From a bacterium (GTDB lineage: Bacteria; Hydrothermota; DG-26; JAUXAN01), in assembly GCA_030619885.1 (NCBI GenBank), contig JAUXAN010000001.1, positions 75,474 through 139,473 on the forward strand: a DNA stretch of 64,000 bases. The letters are read 5' to 3'. This document shows, one piece after another, positions 29,625 to 40,150 of the stretch. Below the pieces are notes generated by a model. That model did no database searches, had not been told where the DNA came from, and worked only from the letters and a program-made list of their open reading frames with translations. A program made the position numbers and the translations under genes. Position 1 is the first letter of the stretch; every line of letters begins with the position of its first letter.

Positions 29625-31325
29625 CTATCCTCCTTCTAATTTTATATGAGACAGTTGATCATACTCTCTTAACAGTTCATAGTCAACAACACCTTCAGAA
29701 TCCTTCCTCTCTATCTCATTTTTGAGTTCTTTCAACCTTCTTTCAACGCTCATCTTTCTTATTTTCAGTATATAATCCTCTACGACATCCGAATCCTCTA
29801 CTTCTGTTTCCTCAAAAACTGCTTCTGAGAGGAGCCTTTTTGCTCGGTCATCTTTTAAAAAACTCATCGCATCCGCTACTTTGAAGTCCTTTTTGTCAAA
29901 TAAGATTTTAGCAATCTGTTGAGTCGGGGCTGAAGAAAAATCTTCTACTACAAGGGATGTTTTTACTTTTTCTAAAATTTTTGGCTTCTTAAAAGCAAGG
30001 ACAAATAGACTGATTTCTACTTTCGGAATACCTTCTTTTGTTGGAGATTTTACCCTGATGGTTGCTGAATGATTTTTTATAATTTTAGAACGTATTGTCT
30101 TTTCAGTGACCCCGAAATTTTTTGCCACTTCTTTGATCCAGAGGTCCTGTTTCAATTCATCTGTGATTTTACTCAATGAACTGCAGATGGCTTTTATCAG
30201 TTTTGTCTTACTAGGAACATCCATTTCTTCTATTTTTTTAGATCCAATTTTGAAATCTATAAAATTTTTTGATTCCCTCGTCCTCTTCTCATAAGCATCT
30301 TTTCCTTCCTTTCTTACGAATGAATCGGGGTCGTCGCCTTCAGGAAGGTTTATTACCTTTACATCAACATTTGCTTCTAATAGAATATCTATACTTCTGT
30401 TTGTAGCTTCCATTCCTGCTGCGTCAGAATCGAAGGATAGAAAGATAGTCGAAACATACCTTGAGATTAAGTTGGCCTGGTTTGGAGTCAAGGCGGTTCC
30501 GCAGGTAGCAACACAATAGTCAATACCATTAGCATAAAGGGATATGAAATCTGTATATCCTTCTACAATGATTGCAGCATTTCTTTTTCTTATTTCAGAT
30601 TTGGTAAATGCGAGTCCATAGAGAGTCTTTCCTTTTTTATAGATAGGGGTTTCAGGCGAGTTGAGATATTTGGGAGTAGCGTTTCCAAGCGACCTTCCCC
30701 CAAATCCTATCACCCTTTTAGAAAGGTCGAAGATGGGAAAGATTATTCTTCCCCTGAATCTATCGTATACACTATTTTTAGAAGATATGATCAGACCTGC
30801 CTCTTCAAGGAGCTTCACTGAGAAAGAATTTTTTTGGCCTGCATTCAAAAGAGTATCCCATCCATCAGGTGCGTAACCCAGTTGAAGTTTTTCGATCAAC
30901 ACTGGAGTGATCCCTCTTGCTTTTAAGCGGTCCATCACTTTTGGATTTTTCTTTAAAATACCGTTGTAATATCTGCACGCGAAATCGTTTACTGCAAAAA
31001 GTTCATCGTATTTCCCCTTTTCTTTCTGAAAAGATGAGATGTGGACTCCAACTCTATTTGCTAAAAATTTTACGCTCTCAGGAAAACTCATCTTTTCAAA
31101 ATCCATTAAAAATGTGAAAGCATTGCCACTTTTCAGACATCCAAAACAGTGAAAGATCTGTCTTTCAGGGCTCACATAGAAAGAAGGGGATGTCTCTTTA
31201 TGAAATGGGCAGAGGGTTCTATAGTACTTGCCTACCTTCTTCAATGGGAGATATTCTGATACGAGTGAAACTATGTCTGTACGTTCCCTAACCTCATCTA
31301 TGAGCTCTTTTTTTATTCCATTCAT
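29625..31325 (-). CDS. dnaG: DNA primase
   Basis: Zinc-binding CPFHKETSPSFYV...FHCFGC. TOPRIM motifs EGY.D and DSD..G. Start trimmed to MNGIKK. Confidence 0.92.
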   Translation of the reverse strand: MNGIKKELIDEVRERTDIVSLVSEYLPLKKVGKYYRTLCPFHKETSPSFYVSPERQIFHCFGCLKSGNAFTFLMDFEKMSFPESVKFLANRVGVHISSFQKEKGKYDELFAVNDFACRYYNGILKKNPKVMDRLKARGITPVLIEKLQLGYAPDGWDTLLNAGQKNSFSVKLLEEAGLIISSKNSVYDRFRGRIIFPIFDLSKRVIGFGGRSLGNATPKYLNSPETPIYKKGKTLYGLAFTKSEIRKRNAAIIVEGYTDFISLYANGIDYCVATCGTALTPNQANLISRYVSTIFLSFDSDAAGMEATNRSIDILLEANVDVKVINLPEGDDPDSFVRKEGKDAYEKRTRESKNFIDFKIGSKKIEEMDVPSKTKLIKAICSSLSKITDELKQDLWIKEVAKNFGVTEKTIRSKIIKNHSATIRVKSPTKEGIPKVEISLFVLAFKKPKILEKVKTSLVVEDFSSAPTQQIAKILFDKKDFKVADAMSFLKDDRAKRLLSEAVFEETEVEDSDVVEDYILKIRKMSVERRLKELKNEIERKDSEGVVDYELLREYDQLSHIKLEGG

Positions 31326-33325
31326 AATTTCTCTATACCTGTGTTCGGGACAGAAATCTTGAATTTTCCCATATTGACCCATACAGAGTTGCCAACAACT
31401 ATTTCAACCGTTCCCTCTGATTTCAGTTTCTTCACATATACCCGATCCCCTCGTTTCACTTCTATTGGATGCTGAGTTTCTTCCTCTTGTAAACTTTTTT
31501 CAATGTGTGCTAATCTCTCTTTTGCAAATTTTATAGTTGATTTCTCTGCTGTACTCTCTCGTATTTTTTTTACAACTTCTTCTACTGTTCTTCTTCCTTC
31601 ATCTACTATCTTGTGTGCTTCCTTTTTTGCTTCAGATCTTAACCTTTTTATCTCCTTTTTTACCCCCGCTAATTTTCTTTCATATTCGGCAATGGAAGAG
31701 TTGAGAGTGGACCCTTTTTCCTTGAGTGCGTCGAGCTCTCTTTTTAGATCCAGGTTCTTCTCTTCGAGTTCTCTAAGTAACTCGTCCAACTTCACCTTAT
31801 CCTTTTCAAGTATATTCTCAGTATTGGATAGAATCTTCTCTGAGAGTCCGACCCTTCGTGCAATTGCGAGTGCGTAGCTTGAGCCGGGTTGTCCCAATTT
31901 CAACCTAAAGGTTGGTTTTAATGTGTTAAGATCGAACTCCATCGCCCCGTTTGTCATCCCCTTTTTTGAGTGGACCCAGAGTTTCAGATTCGTATAATGA
32001 GAAGTTGCGACTACCCTTACTTTTCTTGCAGTCAGTTCTTCAAGAATCGCCATAGCGAGTGATTCTCCACTCACAGGGTCTGTACCGCTTCCGATCTCAT
32101 CCAGTAAGACCAAAGTATTCTTATCCGAGTTATCTAAAATCCTTTTTATTTCCTTTAGGTGGGCAGTGAAGGTCGAAAGGTTTTCCTCTATTGACTGACT
32201 GTCGCCTATATCTGCATAAAACTTTGTGAACATTCCTATCTCCGTGCCCTCCTTAGCAGGAATTTCAAGTCCACAGTAACTCATCAGTGTAAGAAGACCT
32301 ATTGTTTTCAAAGCCACCGTCTTGCCGCCTGCATTTGGTCCAGAGATTAGAACAGTCGTATAGGAGTTTCCAAAATAAATGTCGAGAGGGACAGTATCTT
32401 CGCCGAGGAGCGGGTGTCTGCCTCCGATAAGTTTTGTATATCCATTTCTGTTCAATTCTGGTGGGGTGCATTTAAAATCTATGCTGAAGCGTGCCTTTGC
32501 ATAGATTAGATCCAGATATCTTAACTTGGCAAAATTCGACTTAATCGCGTCGAGGCTTTCTCTTATCTTGTCGGTTATGGTGCGTAGGATCTTATGTATC
32601 TCCTCCTCTTCTTCACATTCCAGTGTCTTCAGTCTATTGTTCATATCTACAGTGGCCAACGGTTCAATAAAGAGTGTGGCACCACTTTGAGAAATTCCGT
32701 GAACGATTCCCTTGATTCGACTCTGAGCCGCAAAAACTGGTATGACCCACCGTCCGTCTCTGGTCGTTATAAAATCTTCTGCTACAGAGTCTTTTTCTTT
32801 TTTCAAGATACTGGTCAGTTCTTTTTGTATCCTATCCTTTAATATCCTCTCATCTTTTTTGATTTTACTCAGTTGAGGAGAAGCATCATCTGCTATCTTT
32901 TCATCGGGTGTAATTGAACTCGAAATCAAGTTATCAAGATCTGGCAATAATTTGATCTCTTTCGTTATTTTCCAGAGATCTGGATAGAGTTTTTCTTTTA
33001 CGAGAGATTTCATTGCAGATGAGGTGTGGATGATAGAAAGCACTGATTTGACCTCCGCTGGATCTAGTATACCACCCGATTCCACCTTCTTGAACAGAGG
33101 TTTTATATCTTTTATATTATGGAGTGGGATATAATTCGAAGCCAATAAAATCTCTTTCAGCTCTTCAATCCTCCTCATCTCCAATAAAATTTCTCTCCTG
33201 TCAGCGATTGGTTTGATATTCAAGCAAGCTTCTTCTCCCAACACTGAGGCAGCCTTCCTGGAAAGAATTTTCTTTATTTTATTGAATTCAAGAACCCTTT
33301 CGGTATGTGGATCCGAATAGTTCAC
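31322..33325 (-). CDS. mutS2: MutS2-family protein (endonuclease MutS2) apparently lacking the C-terminal Smr domain
   Basis: MutS domain V with Walker A LISGPNAGGKT and LLDEIGSGTDP. A long coiled coil, then a KOW-like C-terminus. The ORF stops where the Smr domain would normally follow. Confidence 0.8.
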   Translation of the reverse strand: MNYSDPHTERVLEFNKIKKILSRKAASVLGEEACLNIKPIADRREILLEMRRIEELKEILLASNYIPLHNIKDIKPLFKKVESGGILDPAEVKSVLSIIHTSSAMKSLVKEKLYPDLWKITKEIKLLPDLDNLISSSITPDEKIADDASPQLSKIKKDERILKDRIQKELTSILKKEKDSVAEDFITTRDGRWVIPVFAAQSRIKGIVHGISQSGATLFIEPLATVDMNNRLKTLECEEEEEIHKILRTITDKIRESLDAIKSNFAKLRYLDLIYAKARFSIDFKCTPPELNRNGYTKLIGGRHPLLGEDTVPLDIYFGNSYTTVLISGPNAGGKTVALKTIGLLTLMSYCGLEIPAKEGTEIGMFTKFYADIGDSQSIEENLSTFTAHLKEIKRILDNSDKNTLVLLDEIGSGTDPVSGESLAMAILEELTARKVRVVATSHYTNLKLWVHSKKGMTNGAMEFDLNTLKPTFRLKLGQPGSSYALAIARRVGLSEKILSNTENILEKDKVKLDELLRELEEKNLDLKRELDALKEKGSTLNSSIAEYERKLAGVKKEIKRLRSEAKKEAHKIVDEGRRTVEEVVKKIRESTAEKSTIKFAKERLAHIEKSLQEEETQHPIEVKRGDRVYVKKLKSEGTVEIVVGNSVWVNMGKFKISVPNTGIEKL

Positions 33326-33331
33326 AAAATT

Positions 33332-33529
33332 TTATTCTATTCTCAATCTCTGGCGTCGGAGGTGACGCCTTTTTGCCTGGTCCAGTCTTCTCTTTTTTCT
33401 TTCGCTCGGTTTCTCATACTCCTGATGAAGTTTAATTTCGGATAGTATACCCTCCCGTTCACATAATCTTTTAAATCTTCTGAATGCTTCATCAAAACTT
33501 TCATTCTGTCTGACTATAACTCCTGCCAT
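33332..33529 (-). CDS. rpsU: 30S ribosomal protein S21
   Basis: 65 aa. ESFDEAFRRFKR...YEKPSE and an arginine-rich tail. Confidence 0.93.
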   Translation of the reverse strand: MAGVIVRQNESFDEAFRRFKRLCEREGILSEIKLHQEYEKPSERKKRRLDQAKRRHLRRQRLRIE

Positions 33530-33686
33530 TCTATTGTTCCCCTCCTATTCATTTAAGATTTTTGCTAATTTATATAGCTAATTTATATATAATATAACAA
33601 ATTTTTTCGATCTGTCAAGTAAAAAAGCACATTTTTTACCTAAAAACAACTATTTCATCAAAATTTTACCTTTTTAAGTAGTTTCG

Positions 33687-35147
33687 TTATCCCTTCAGGT
33701 TATGCACGAGAGATAGTGTTCCCGTATAGAGGAAACTGAAGGAAAGAAGGAACATAAAAGGAGTGATAAAAAATTGAGAATGTACGATGGAGTATACCGT
33801 TCCATAAGCCGTATAAGTTGCCAAAAAGAGTTCTATAATAGTGAGCCAGTTGAACTTTGACTTGTACTTCTTATCTTTCCAGGAGTCCGATTTTTTCTCT
33901 ATCCTGTATTTAGGCGTACGATTGAAGGGTGTCTTTATGCCTAGTAGACCTTCGAATACGGCTTTAGAATCTACTACACAGGTTCCAATACCCCATGCGA
34001 AAAGAGCAGGGATATACCATAGTCTCCTCTTCCAATCTGTATAGATTTCCCTCTGACCATAAAAATAAAACAGTGTCTGAATTACTACAAAGATGGTGAA
34101 GAAGCTGATGTAATTAAAGTAAGTCCGTGCCTCGATGCAATTTACCTTTATCATAATCAAAGGGACGGAAAGGAGTGTGATTAAAAGCACGAGTGGATAT
34201 GTAAAATGGTTGGTCAGGTGGACAAAGGCCTCAAATTTTGTAAAGAGTGGAAGGGGAGATCTCAGAACTTTAGGAAGAATCTTCTTTGCAGTCTGAACAG
34301 CCCCTTTTGCCCATCTGTGTTGCTGTATTTTAAGCCCATTTATATCTGTGGGTATTTCTCCATAGCATATAAGGTCTTTGAGATAGATTATTTCCCAACC
34401 TTTAAGTTGCGCTCGATATGAGAGATCAAGGTCTTCAGTCAGGGTATCGTATTCCCAGTTACCCGCATCTAAGATTGCTTCTCTGCGCCATATTCCCCCA
34501 GTACCGTTGAAGTTAATAAATGCCCCATTCCTGTTTCTTACTGTCTGTTCGATCACAAAATGGGCATCCAATCCTAATGCCTGTCCTCGAGTGAGGAATG
34601 AGTACGAATCATTCAAATGTCCCCATCTTCCCTGTACTGCAGCTACTTTTTCATCCATAAAATACGGTAGAGTTGTAAGTAAAAATTCCGTCGGGGGTAT
34701 AAAATCCGCATCGAATAGAGCAATGAAATCGCCCTTCGAATGGGCAAGCCCCTCTCGCAGAGCACCTGCCTTGTAGCCTTTCCTCTCATTACGATGGTAG
34801 AGTTTTATATCAAAACCCTGCTTCCTATATTTTTCTCCAATTTTCCTCGCTATCTCTGTAGTCTCATCGGTCGAATCATCGAGTATTTGAATTTCCATCT
34901 TTTCCTTAGGGTATTGAATTTTGCAGACAGCACTGATTAACCTCTCTATTACATACTGTTCATTATAAACGGGCAACTGTATAGTCACAAAAGGATAAAA
35001 GTCAAGTTTCTTTTTGATTTTTTGAGGGAAGGTGCTGTTTTTTCTATATAGGATAATCATTACGAATGTATGAAATACATAGATCAAAAGTCCGCAGAGT
35101 ACTAACAGGTATGTAACTAAGACGAAATTTCTAAGTGATTCTATCAT
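33687..35147 (-). CDS. processive family-2 glycosyltransferase (cellulose-synthase-like)
   Basis: N-terminal TM helix. DDSTD and DADF motifs, and the Q(H)RWAKG motif. Several C-terminal TM helices. Confidence 0.75.
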   Translation of the reverse strand: MIESLRNFVLVTYLLVLCGLLIYVFHTFVMIILYRKNSTFPQKIKKKLDFYPFVTIQLPVYNEQYVIERLISAVCKIQYPKEKMEIQILDDSTDETTEIARKIGEKYRKQGFDIKLYHRNERKGYKAGALREGLAHSKGDFIALFDADFIPPTEFLLTTLPYFMDEKVAAVQGRWGHLNDSYSFLTRGQALGLDAHFVIEQTVRNRNGAFINFNGTGGIWRREAILDAGNWEYDTLTEDLDLSYRAQLKGWEIIYLKDLICYGEIPTDINGLKIQQHRWAKGAVQTAKKILPKVLRSPLPLFTKFEAFVHLTNHFTYPLVLLITLLSVPLIMIKVNCIEARTYFNYISFFTIFVVIQTLFYFYGQREIYTDWKRRLWYIPALFAWGIGTCVVDSKAVFEGLLGIKTPFNRTPKYRIEKKSDSWKDKKYKSKFNWLTIIELFLATYTAYGTVYSIVHSQFFITPFMFLLSFSFLYTGTLSLVHNLKG

Positions 35148-35162
35148 TTAAAAACGGTTTCA

Positions 35163-35606
35163 TTATTCCTTGACAACCCAGAGTTTCAATTTTGCTTCCA
35201 TATCCTGTAGCAATCTTACTGGAATAGTATATACCCCTAATTCTTTAATCGGTTCGCTGAGAAGTATGTCTTTCTTATCTATCTTTATGCCCTCTTTTTT
35301 CAACAATTCCGAGACAGTGTGAGAGGTTACAGAACCAAAAAGTTTATCATCCTCCCCCGCTTTGGCTACTGCAGTTAAAGAAAGAGATTCTATCTTTTTC
35401 AAAAGATTAGATGCATGGGCTCTCTCTCTACTCCTTCTCAATTCTTCTGTATCCTTCAAATGTTTAAACTTCTCTATATTATGTGGGGTTGCAGGGAGCG
35501 CTTTTTCCTGTGGTATAAGATAGTTCCTTCCATAGCCATTTTTAACATCCACAATACTACCCTTTACGCCAAGTCTTTCAATATCTTCAAGAAGTATTAT
35601 TTGCAT
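35163..35606 (-). CDS. rplI: 50S ribosomal protein L9
   Basis: MQIILLEDIERLGVKG..V.V..GY.RNYLIP. Confidence 0.93.
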   Translation of the reverse strand: MQIILLEDIERLGVKGSIVDVKNGYGRNYLIPQEKALPATPHNIEKFKHLKDTEELRRSRERAHASNLLKKIESLSLTAVAKAGEDDKLFGSVTSHTVSELLKKEGIKIDKKDILLSEPIKELGVYTIPVRLLQDMEAKLKLWVVKE

Positions 35607-35610
35607 AATC

Positions 35611-35832
35611 TCATCTAAAGTATTCTGTTATATATGGAAGGAGTCCTATCTGCCGTGCTCTTTTGATTGCTAATGTCAATTTTCTTTGATGTTTTGCACA
35701 TACCCCTGTATTTCTCCTTGGCAGTATTCTTCCTCTGTCAGAGATGAATCTTCTCAATTTTTTAGGATCTTTATACTCGGGCAAGGTCCCACTTTTACAA
35801 AAGGAACATTCTTTCTTAAATTCGCCTAACAT
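35611..35832 (-). CDS. rpsR: 30S ribosomal protein S18
   Basis: CSFCK...YKD...L.RFIS.RG.ILPRR.TG.CAKHQR.L..AIKRAR. Confidence 0.93.
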   Translation of the reverse strand: MLGEFKKECSFCKSGTLPEYKDPKKLRRFISDRGRILPRRNTGVCAKHQRKLTLAIKRARQIGLLPYITEYFR

Positions 35833-35841
35833 TTGCCCTCC

Positions 35842-36273
35842 TCAAAATGGCAGGTTCTCTTCCTCTTTTTCTATCTTTTCTTCGCTCTTCTCTTCTGGTT
35901 CACCGTGCTCTTTTGTTTCTTCGGGTGCCACTTTATCCAGAAATTGAACACGATATGCACGAATTTCGAGTTTACTTCTTTTCTGTCCTGTTTCGGTCTC
36001 CCATGACCTTGACTGAAGGCTTCCTTCTAATAATACTGCCCTTCCCTTGCGTAAGAATTCACCACATCGTTCTGCTAAATCTGCCCAGGTAACTATATCC
36101 ACGAAAGTAGTTAGCTCATTCCATTCACCAGATGCGTCCTTGTATCTTTTTGAAGATGCTACAGAAAAATTTGCAACAGCCTTCCCTGCCGGGGTATACC
36201 TTAAATCGGGATCCCTTGTTAATCTGCCTGAAAGCAAGACTTTGTTTAAAACAGGTAATTTTAAGTCAGCCAT
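35842..36273 (-). CDS. ssb: single-stranded DNA-binding protein
   Basis: OB fold (N.V.L.GRLTRDPDLRYTPAG.AVANFS.A), then an acidic tail ending EENLPF. Confidence 0.92.
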   Translation of the reverse strand: MADLKLPVLNKVLLSGRLTRDPDLRYTPAGKAVANFSVASSKRYKDASGEWNELTTFVDIVTWADLAERCGEFLRKGRAVLLEGSLQSRSWETETGQKRSKLEIRAYRVQFLDKVAPEETKEHGEPEEKSEEKIEKEEENLPF

Positions 36274-36564
36274 TTAACCTCCTTCAATTTTAATCACAAT
36301 GTGTCTCAAAATATTTTCATTTAACTTCAGATTTGAATCGAAACTCTTTATGAATGAGGATTTTGATGAGAATCTAATGAGAGTATAGAAACCCTCTCTT
36401 TCTTTCTTCATTTTGTAGGCAAATTTTTTCATTCCCCACTTGTCAACGGATATTACTTTTCCTCTGTCTTTTTCAACGAGTTCAACTACCTTTCCAATCT
36501 CTATATCTATATCACTTTCTTTTAAATTGGGTCTTAAGATAAAAATAGATTCATACTCTCTCAA
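36274..36564 (-). CDS. rpsF: 30S ribosomal protein S6
   Basis: MREYESIFIL...DKWG.KKFAY. In the rpsF-ssb-rpsR-rplI gene order. Confidence 0.92.
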   Translation of the reverse strand: MREYESIFILRPNLKESDIDIEIGKVVELVEKDRGKVISVDKWGMKKFAYKMKKEREGFYTLIRFSSKSSFIKSFDSNLKLNENILRHIVIKIEGG

Positions 36565-36719
36565 CTTTTACCTCCTTAAAAATCTATTTAAAACTCCCAC
36601 TTGGGAAGTTTTGGATAGACTATATATATATATATTTAAAATTGTCAACAAAAAAATGCAGTTTTAAGCAAGTTAAGAAAACAGAACCACGAATCACATT
36701 CATTATAGATTGAAAAATT

Positions 36720-37766
36720 TTAATGAAATTTAATCAATACTATATCACCGTCTTTAAGTAGATAATCTCTGCCCTCTATTTTTAAAAGTCCTGCATCTTT
36801 TAATCTCGATACACTGCTGCAGGAGAGTAGATCATCATAAGAAAAAACTTCTGCCCGAATGAAACCTTTACCCATATCGGTATGTATCTTATAAGCGGCA
36901 TCTATAATCTTTGAACCTTCTTTAATGCTCCACGCACGCGTCTCTTCGCCTTTTATAGTATAAAATTTGATCAGATTTAAAAGATTATAACTTTCCTCTA
37001 TTACCACATCGAGAGTAAAATCTTCAATACCCAACTCCTTTCTGTACTCTTCCCTCTCGTTTCTTTCGAGTTCAGATAATTCTTCCTCAATCTTTGCTGA
37101 GATTAAAACTATCTTCTCACTGCCTAAGGAATTTCTTATCTGGTCAGGCACTGTAAAATTTTTCGATGTTAGATCTTTCTCACTCAGATTCAAAAGGTAG
37201 AGACATGGTTTTGTCGTGAGTAGATTGTAGCCTTTTGAATGTTTAATAGATTCGTCTTTCTGAATACTATCTTTTATCCTTTGTAGAGATTCGAGTTCTG
37301 TCTTTATGGCTTCGTTTCCGCTCTTTGCTGCTTTTTGCAGTTTCCCTATTTTTTTTTCAACGAAATCAAGGTCTGCCAGGGCGAGTTCGAGCTTTACAGT
37401 TTCAATGTCTTTTAGCGGCTCTACAGTACCGGAGACTTCAGCGTCTTCAAAGCATCTTACAAGATGCAATATGGCATCAACCTCTCTTATATGAGCAAGG
37501 AATTTATTTCCTAACCCCTCGCCCTTGCTTGCTCCAGCGACCAGACCTGCTATATCGACAAATTCTGTCGTTGCATGCGTCACTATTTTTGGTTTTAGGA
37601 GTTCACCAATCTTTTCAAGTTTTTTATCAGGAATCTGCGCTATGCCAATATTTTTCTCAATAGTAGTGAATGGATAGGTGGCAACTTCGGCACCTGCGCG
37701 GGTGAGTGCATTGAACAGGGTTGATTTTCCTGCATTTGGTAGACCGACTATCCCGACCTTTAACAC
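36720..37766 (-). CDS. ychF: ribosome-binding ATPase YchF
   Basis: [18 protein letters not shown] and a C-terminal TGS domain. Confidence 0.9.
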   Translation of the reverse strand: MLKVGIVGLPNAGKSTLFNALTRAGAEVATYPFTTIEKNIGIAQIPDKKLEKIGELLKPKIVTHATTEFVDIAGLVAGASKGEGLGNKFLAHIREVDAILHLVRCFEDAEVSGTVEPLKDIETVKLELALADLDFVEKKIGKLQKAAKSGNEAIKTELESLQRIKDSIQKDESIKHSKGYNLLTTKPCLYLLNLSEKDLTSKNFTVPDQIRNSLGSEKIVLISAKIEEELSELERNEREEYRKELGIEDFTLDVVIEESYNLLNLIKFYTIKGEETRAWSIKEGSKIIDAAYKIHTDMGKGFIRAEVFSYDDLLSCSSVSRLKDAGLLKIEGRDYLLKDGDIVLIKFH

Positions 37767-37768
37767 TG

Positions 37769-39841
37769 TCAGTGTGTTATCCCTATATATTTATTGAGCA
37801 CCAGTATGAGAGGGATGAAGACCAATGAGACCACAGCCATCAATTTAATCAGGATATTCATACTCGGTGCCGAGGTATCCTTAAATGGGTCACCGACGGT
37901 ATCACCAACTACCGATGCTTTGTGCGGCTCTGATTTCTTACCACCCAGGTTGCCTGCTTCTATATATTTTTTTGCATTGTCCCATGCACCACCCGCATTT
38001 GCCATGAAGATAGCGAGCGGAACCCCCACTACCAGAGCCCCTGCGAGTGCACCACCGAGAGCAGACGGTCCAAGAAATATACCTATAAGAAGTGGAATGG
38101 CGATTGCTAAAAGCCCGGGCGCTATCATCTCATTCATAGCACCCTTTGTAGCTATATCTACACATTTTGCATAGTCTGGTTTTGCACTTCCTTCCATTAA
38201 TCCGGGAATCTCTTTGAACTGTCTTCTCACTTCACTGACGACCTTAAAAGCGATCTTTCCGACAGCTTTCATAGTAGAAGACGCGAAGATGAATGGGACC
38301 ATACCTCCCATGAAGAGTCCTGTTATCACTTTAGCATCCATAATATTTATATGAAAACTTGTTGAAGTGTATCTCTCCACTACCTGTGTATAGGCAAAGA
38401 AGAGGGCGAGGGCGGTGAGGGCTGCTGAACCTATTGCGAACCCCTTGGCAATCGCAGCGGTAGTATTTCCGGCTGCGTCCAGAGAATCGGTTATCTTTCT
38501 CACATCCGAAGGGAGTGAGGCCATCTCTGCGATACCACCTGCGTTATCTGCTATGGGTCCGTATGCGTCTATGGATATAGTAATCCCTGCTATAGATAGC
38601 ATACCAATCCCTGCAAGGGCGATCCCAAAAAAGTTTGCAAATTTAAAAGATATGAGTATGGCGGCCCCTATGACGAGTAGAGGAACGACCACAGATTTCA
38701 TACCTATAGATATGCCAGTGATTATATTGGTCGCTGCGCCTGTGGTTGAGGCGCGGGCTATAGTTTTTATGGAGTTGCCGGTTGTGTAATATTCAGCTGT
38801 GAAGCCTATTAGGAGTCCTGAAATCACTCCGCACAGCACTGCATAGAAGGGGGCAATTTCACCATACCAGAGAGAAACGAGTATAAAAGAAGCGATGCAG
38901 AAGATGACTGCACTACCGAGCGTGCCATTTCGCAGTGCACTCTGGGCATCCCCCCCCCTTACGAAGAGCACGCCTACAATTGATGCGAGGACACCAAGCC
39001 CAGCGAGCCAGAAGCAGAGGAGGATGCCCTTCAAGTTTGAAACGGCAGATGCTATAATCAGTCCAGATATGATGGAACCGACATACGACTCGTATAGGTC
39101 TGCTCCCATCCCGGCAACATCCCCGACATTATCTCCCACATTATCGGCAATCGTGGCAGGGTTTCTCGGATCGTCCTCTGGTATACCTGCCTCTACCTTA
39201 CCGACGAGGTCTGCTCCGACATCTGCTGCCTTCGTATAAATCCCCCCGCCAACCCTTGCGAATAGAGCGACAGATGATGCGCCCAGGGAGAATCCACATA
39301 TAGCACCCGTAGCGTGGGCTACCTTATCCAACATCGAGGTTGGTGTGGCGAATTTGATAAATACAAAATAGAGCAGCGAGAGTGCGAGGAGACCGAGTCC
39401 CACAACTGTTAGCCCCATGACTGCTCCACCAGGAAATGCGACTAACAATGCCTCATTCATCCCTCGTTTTGCTGCCTCGGCAGTTCTGGAGTTCGCTCTG
39501 GTTGAAATCTGCATTCCAAAATATCCTGCGAGGATTGAACATCCAGCGCCTACGATATACGCGACTGCGGTAGCGAGTCCATATGAAGGACCCTGGGTGC
39601 GCAGTCCGAACCACAACACAAAGAAGACGCAGACCACAAATACTGCGATAGCCTTATACTCTCTGTATAAAAAAGCCATTGCACCTTCGTGCACAGCGTC
39701 AGATATACTGACCATTTTTTTTGAACCTGGATCTTTTTTTAGAACACGGACTGCAAGGAACGCTGCAAAGACCAAGCTTATAAATCCAATAGCAGCAGCA
39801 AGCAAAATTCCATGCATAGTTGAATCTTGCATTTTTCCCAT
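37769..39841 (-). CDS. hppA: membrane-bound proton/sodium-translocating pyrophosphatase
   Basis: 690 aa, 15-16 TM helices, [15 protein letters not shown] signature. Confidence 0.93.
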   Translation of the reverse strand: MGKMQDSTMHGILLAAAIGFISLVFAAFLAVRVLKKDPGSKKMVSISDAVHEGAMAFLYREYKAIAVFVVCVFFVLWFGLRTQGPSYGLATAVAYIVGAGCSILAGYFGMQISTRANSRTAEAAKRGMNEALLVAFPGGAVMGLTVVGLGLLALSLLYFVFIKFATPTSMLDKVAHATGAICGFSLGASSVALFARVGGGIYTKAADVGADLVGKVEAGIPEDDPRNPATIADNVGDNVGDVAGMGADLYESYVGSIISGLIIASAVSNLKGILLCFWLAGLGVLASIVGVLFVRGGDAQSALRNGTLGSAVIFCIASFILVSLWYGEIAPFYAVLCGVISGLLIGFTAEYYTTGNSIKTIARASTTGAATNIITGISIGMKSVVVPLLVIGAAILISFKFANFFGIALAGIGMLSIAGITISIDAYGPIADNAGGIAEMASLPSDVRKITDSLDAAGNTTAAIAKGFAIGSAALTALALFFAYTQVVERYTSTSFHINIMDAKVITGLFMGGMVPFIFASSTMKAVGKIAFKVVSEVRRQFKEIPGLMEGSAKPDYAKCVDIATKGAMNEMIAPGLLAIAIPLLIGIFLGPSALGGALAGALVVGVPLAIFMANAGGAWDNAKKYIEAGNLGGKKSEPHKASVVGDTVGDPFKDTSAPSMNILIKLMAVVSLVFIPLILVLNKYIGITH

Positions 39842-39845
39842 TAAA

Positions 39846-39902
39846 AGTCAAGAGAAAATTAACCACCTTGAAACCACAGATTACACAGATTTACACAGAT
39901 TT
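39846..39902 (-). promoter_or_regulatory. three tandem AATCTGTG repeats upstream of the TTGACT box of hppA (minus strand)
   Basis: Minus strand reads aaatctgtgtaaatctgtgtaatctgtggtttcaaggtggttaattttctcttgact. The -10 lies close to the ATG. Confidence 0.45.
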
Positions 39903-39929
39903 TAACCCTCTCCTAACGCAGCAATGACA

Positions 39930-40070
39930 ACTTTCCATGGTCATACGACTCCCATGGGTCGATCAAAGTAGGAACTGTCTAAAAAAGGTTATCGGATAGC
40001 CTCTTTAGGTTTGCTTTTCAAAAGGCTAAATCTTTGCCCTATACCTACGGATCCGTATGACCAGCCTGCC
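39930..40070. repeat. members of the GGATCC/CCATGG-core palindromic repeat family in the hppA/ECF-sigma intergenic region
   Basis: ccatggtcatacgactcccatgggtcg and cctacggatccgtatgacc. The second includes the 12-bp perfect palindrome TACGGATCCGTA. Confidence 0.5.
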
Positions 40071-40116
40071 CCCTATGTCTTGACTTTTTAAAAATGTTAA
40101 ATAAGTTGTGAATAGA

Positions 40117-40147
40117 GGCAACCTTTTGAGATGAAATTTCGTCTAAT
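40117..40147 (+). promoter_or_regulatory. ECF-type autoregulatory promoter (AAC-N17-CGTC) of the sigma / anti-sigma / DUF4097 / PDZ operon
   Basis: Sequence is ggcAACcttttgagatgaaatttCGTCtaat, ending 7 nt before the ATG. Confidence 0.4.
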
Positions 40148-40150
40148 ATT

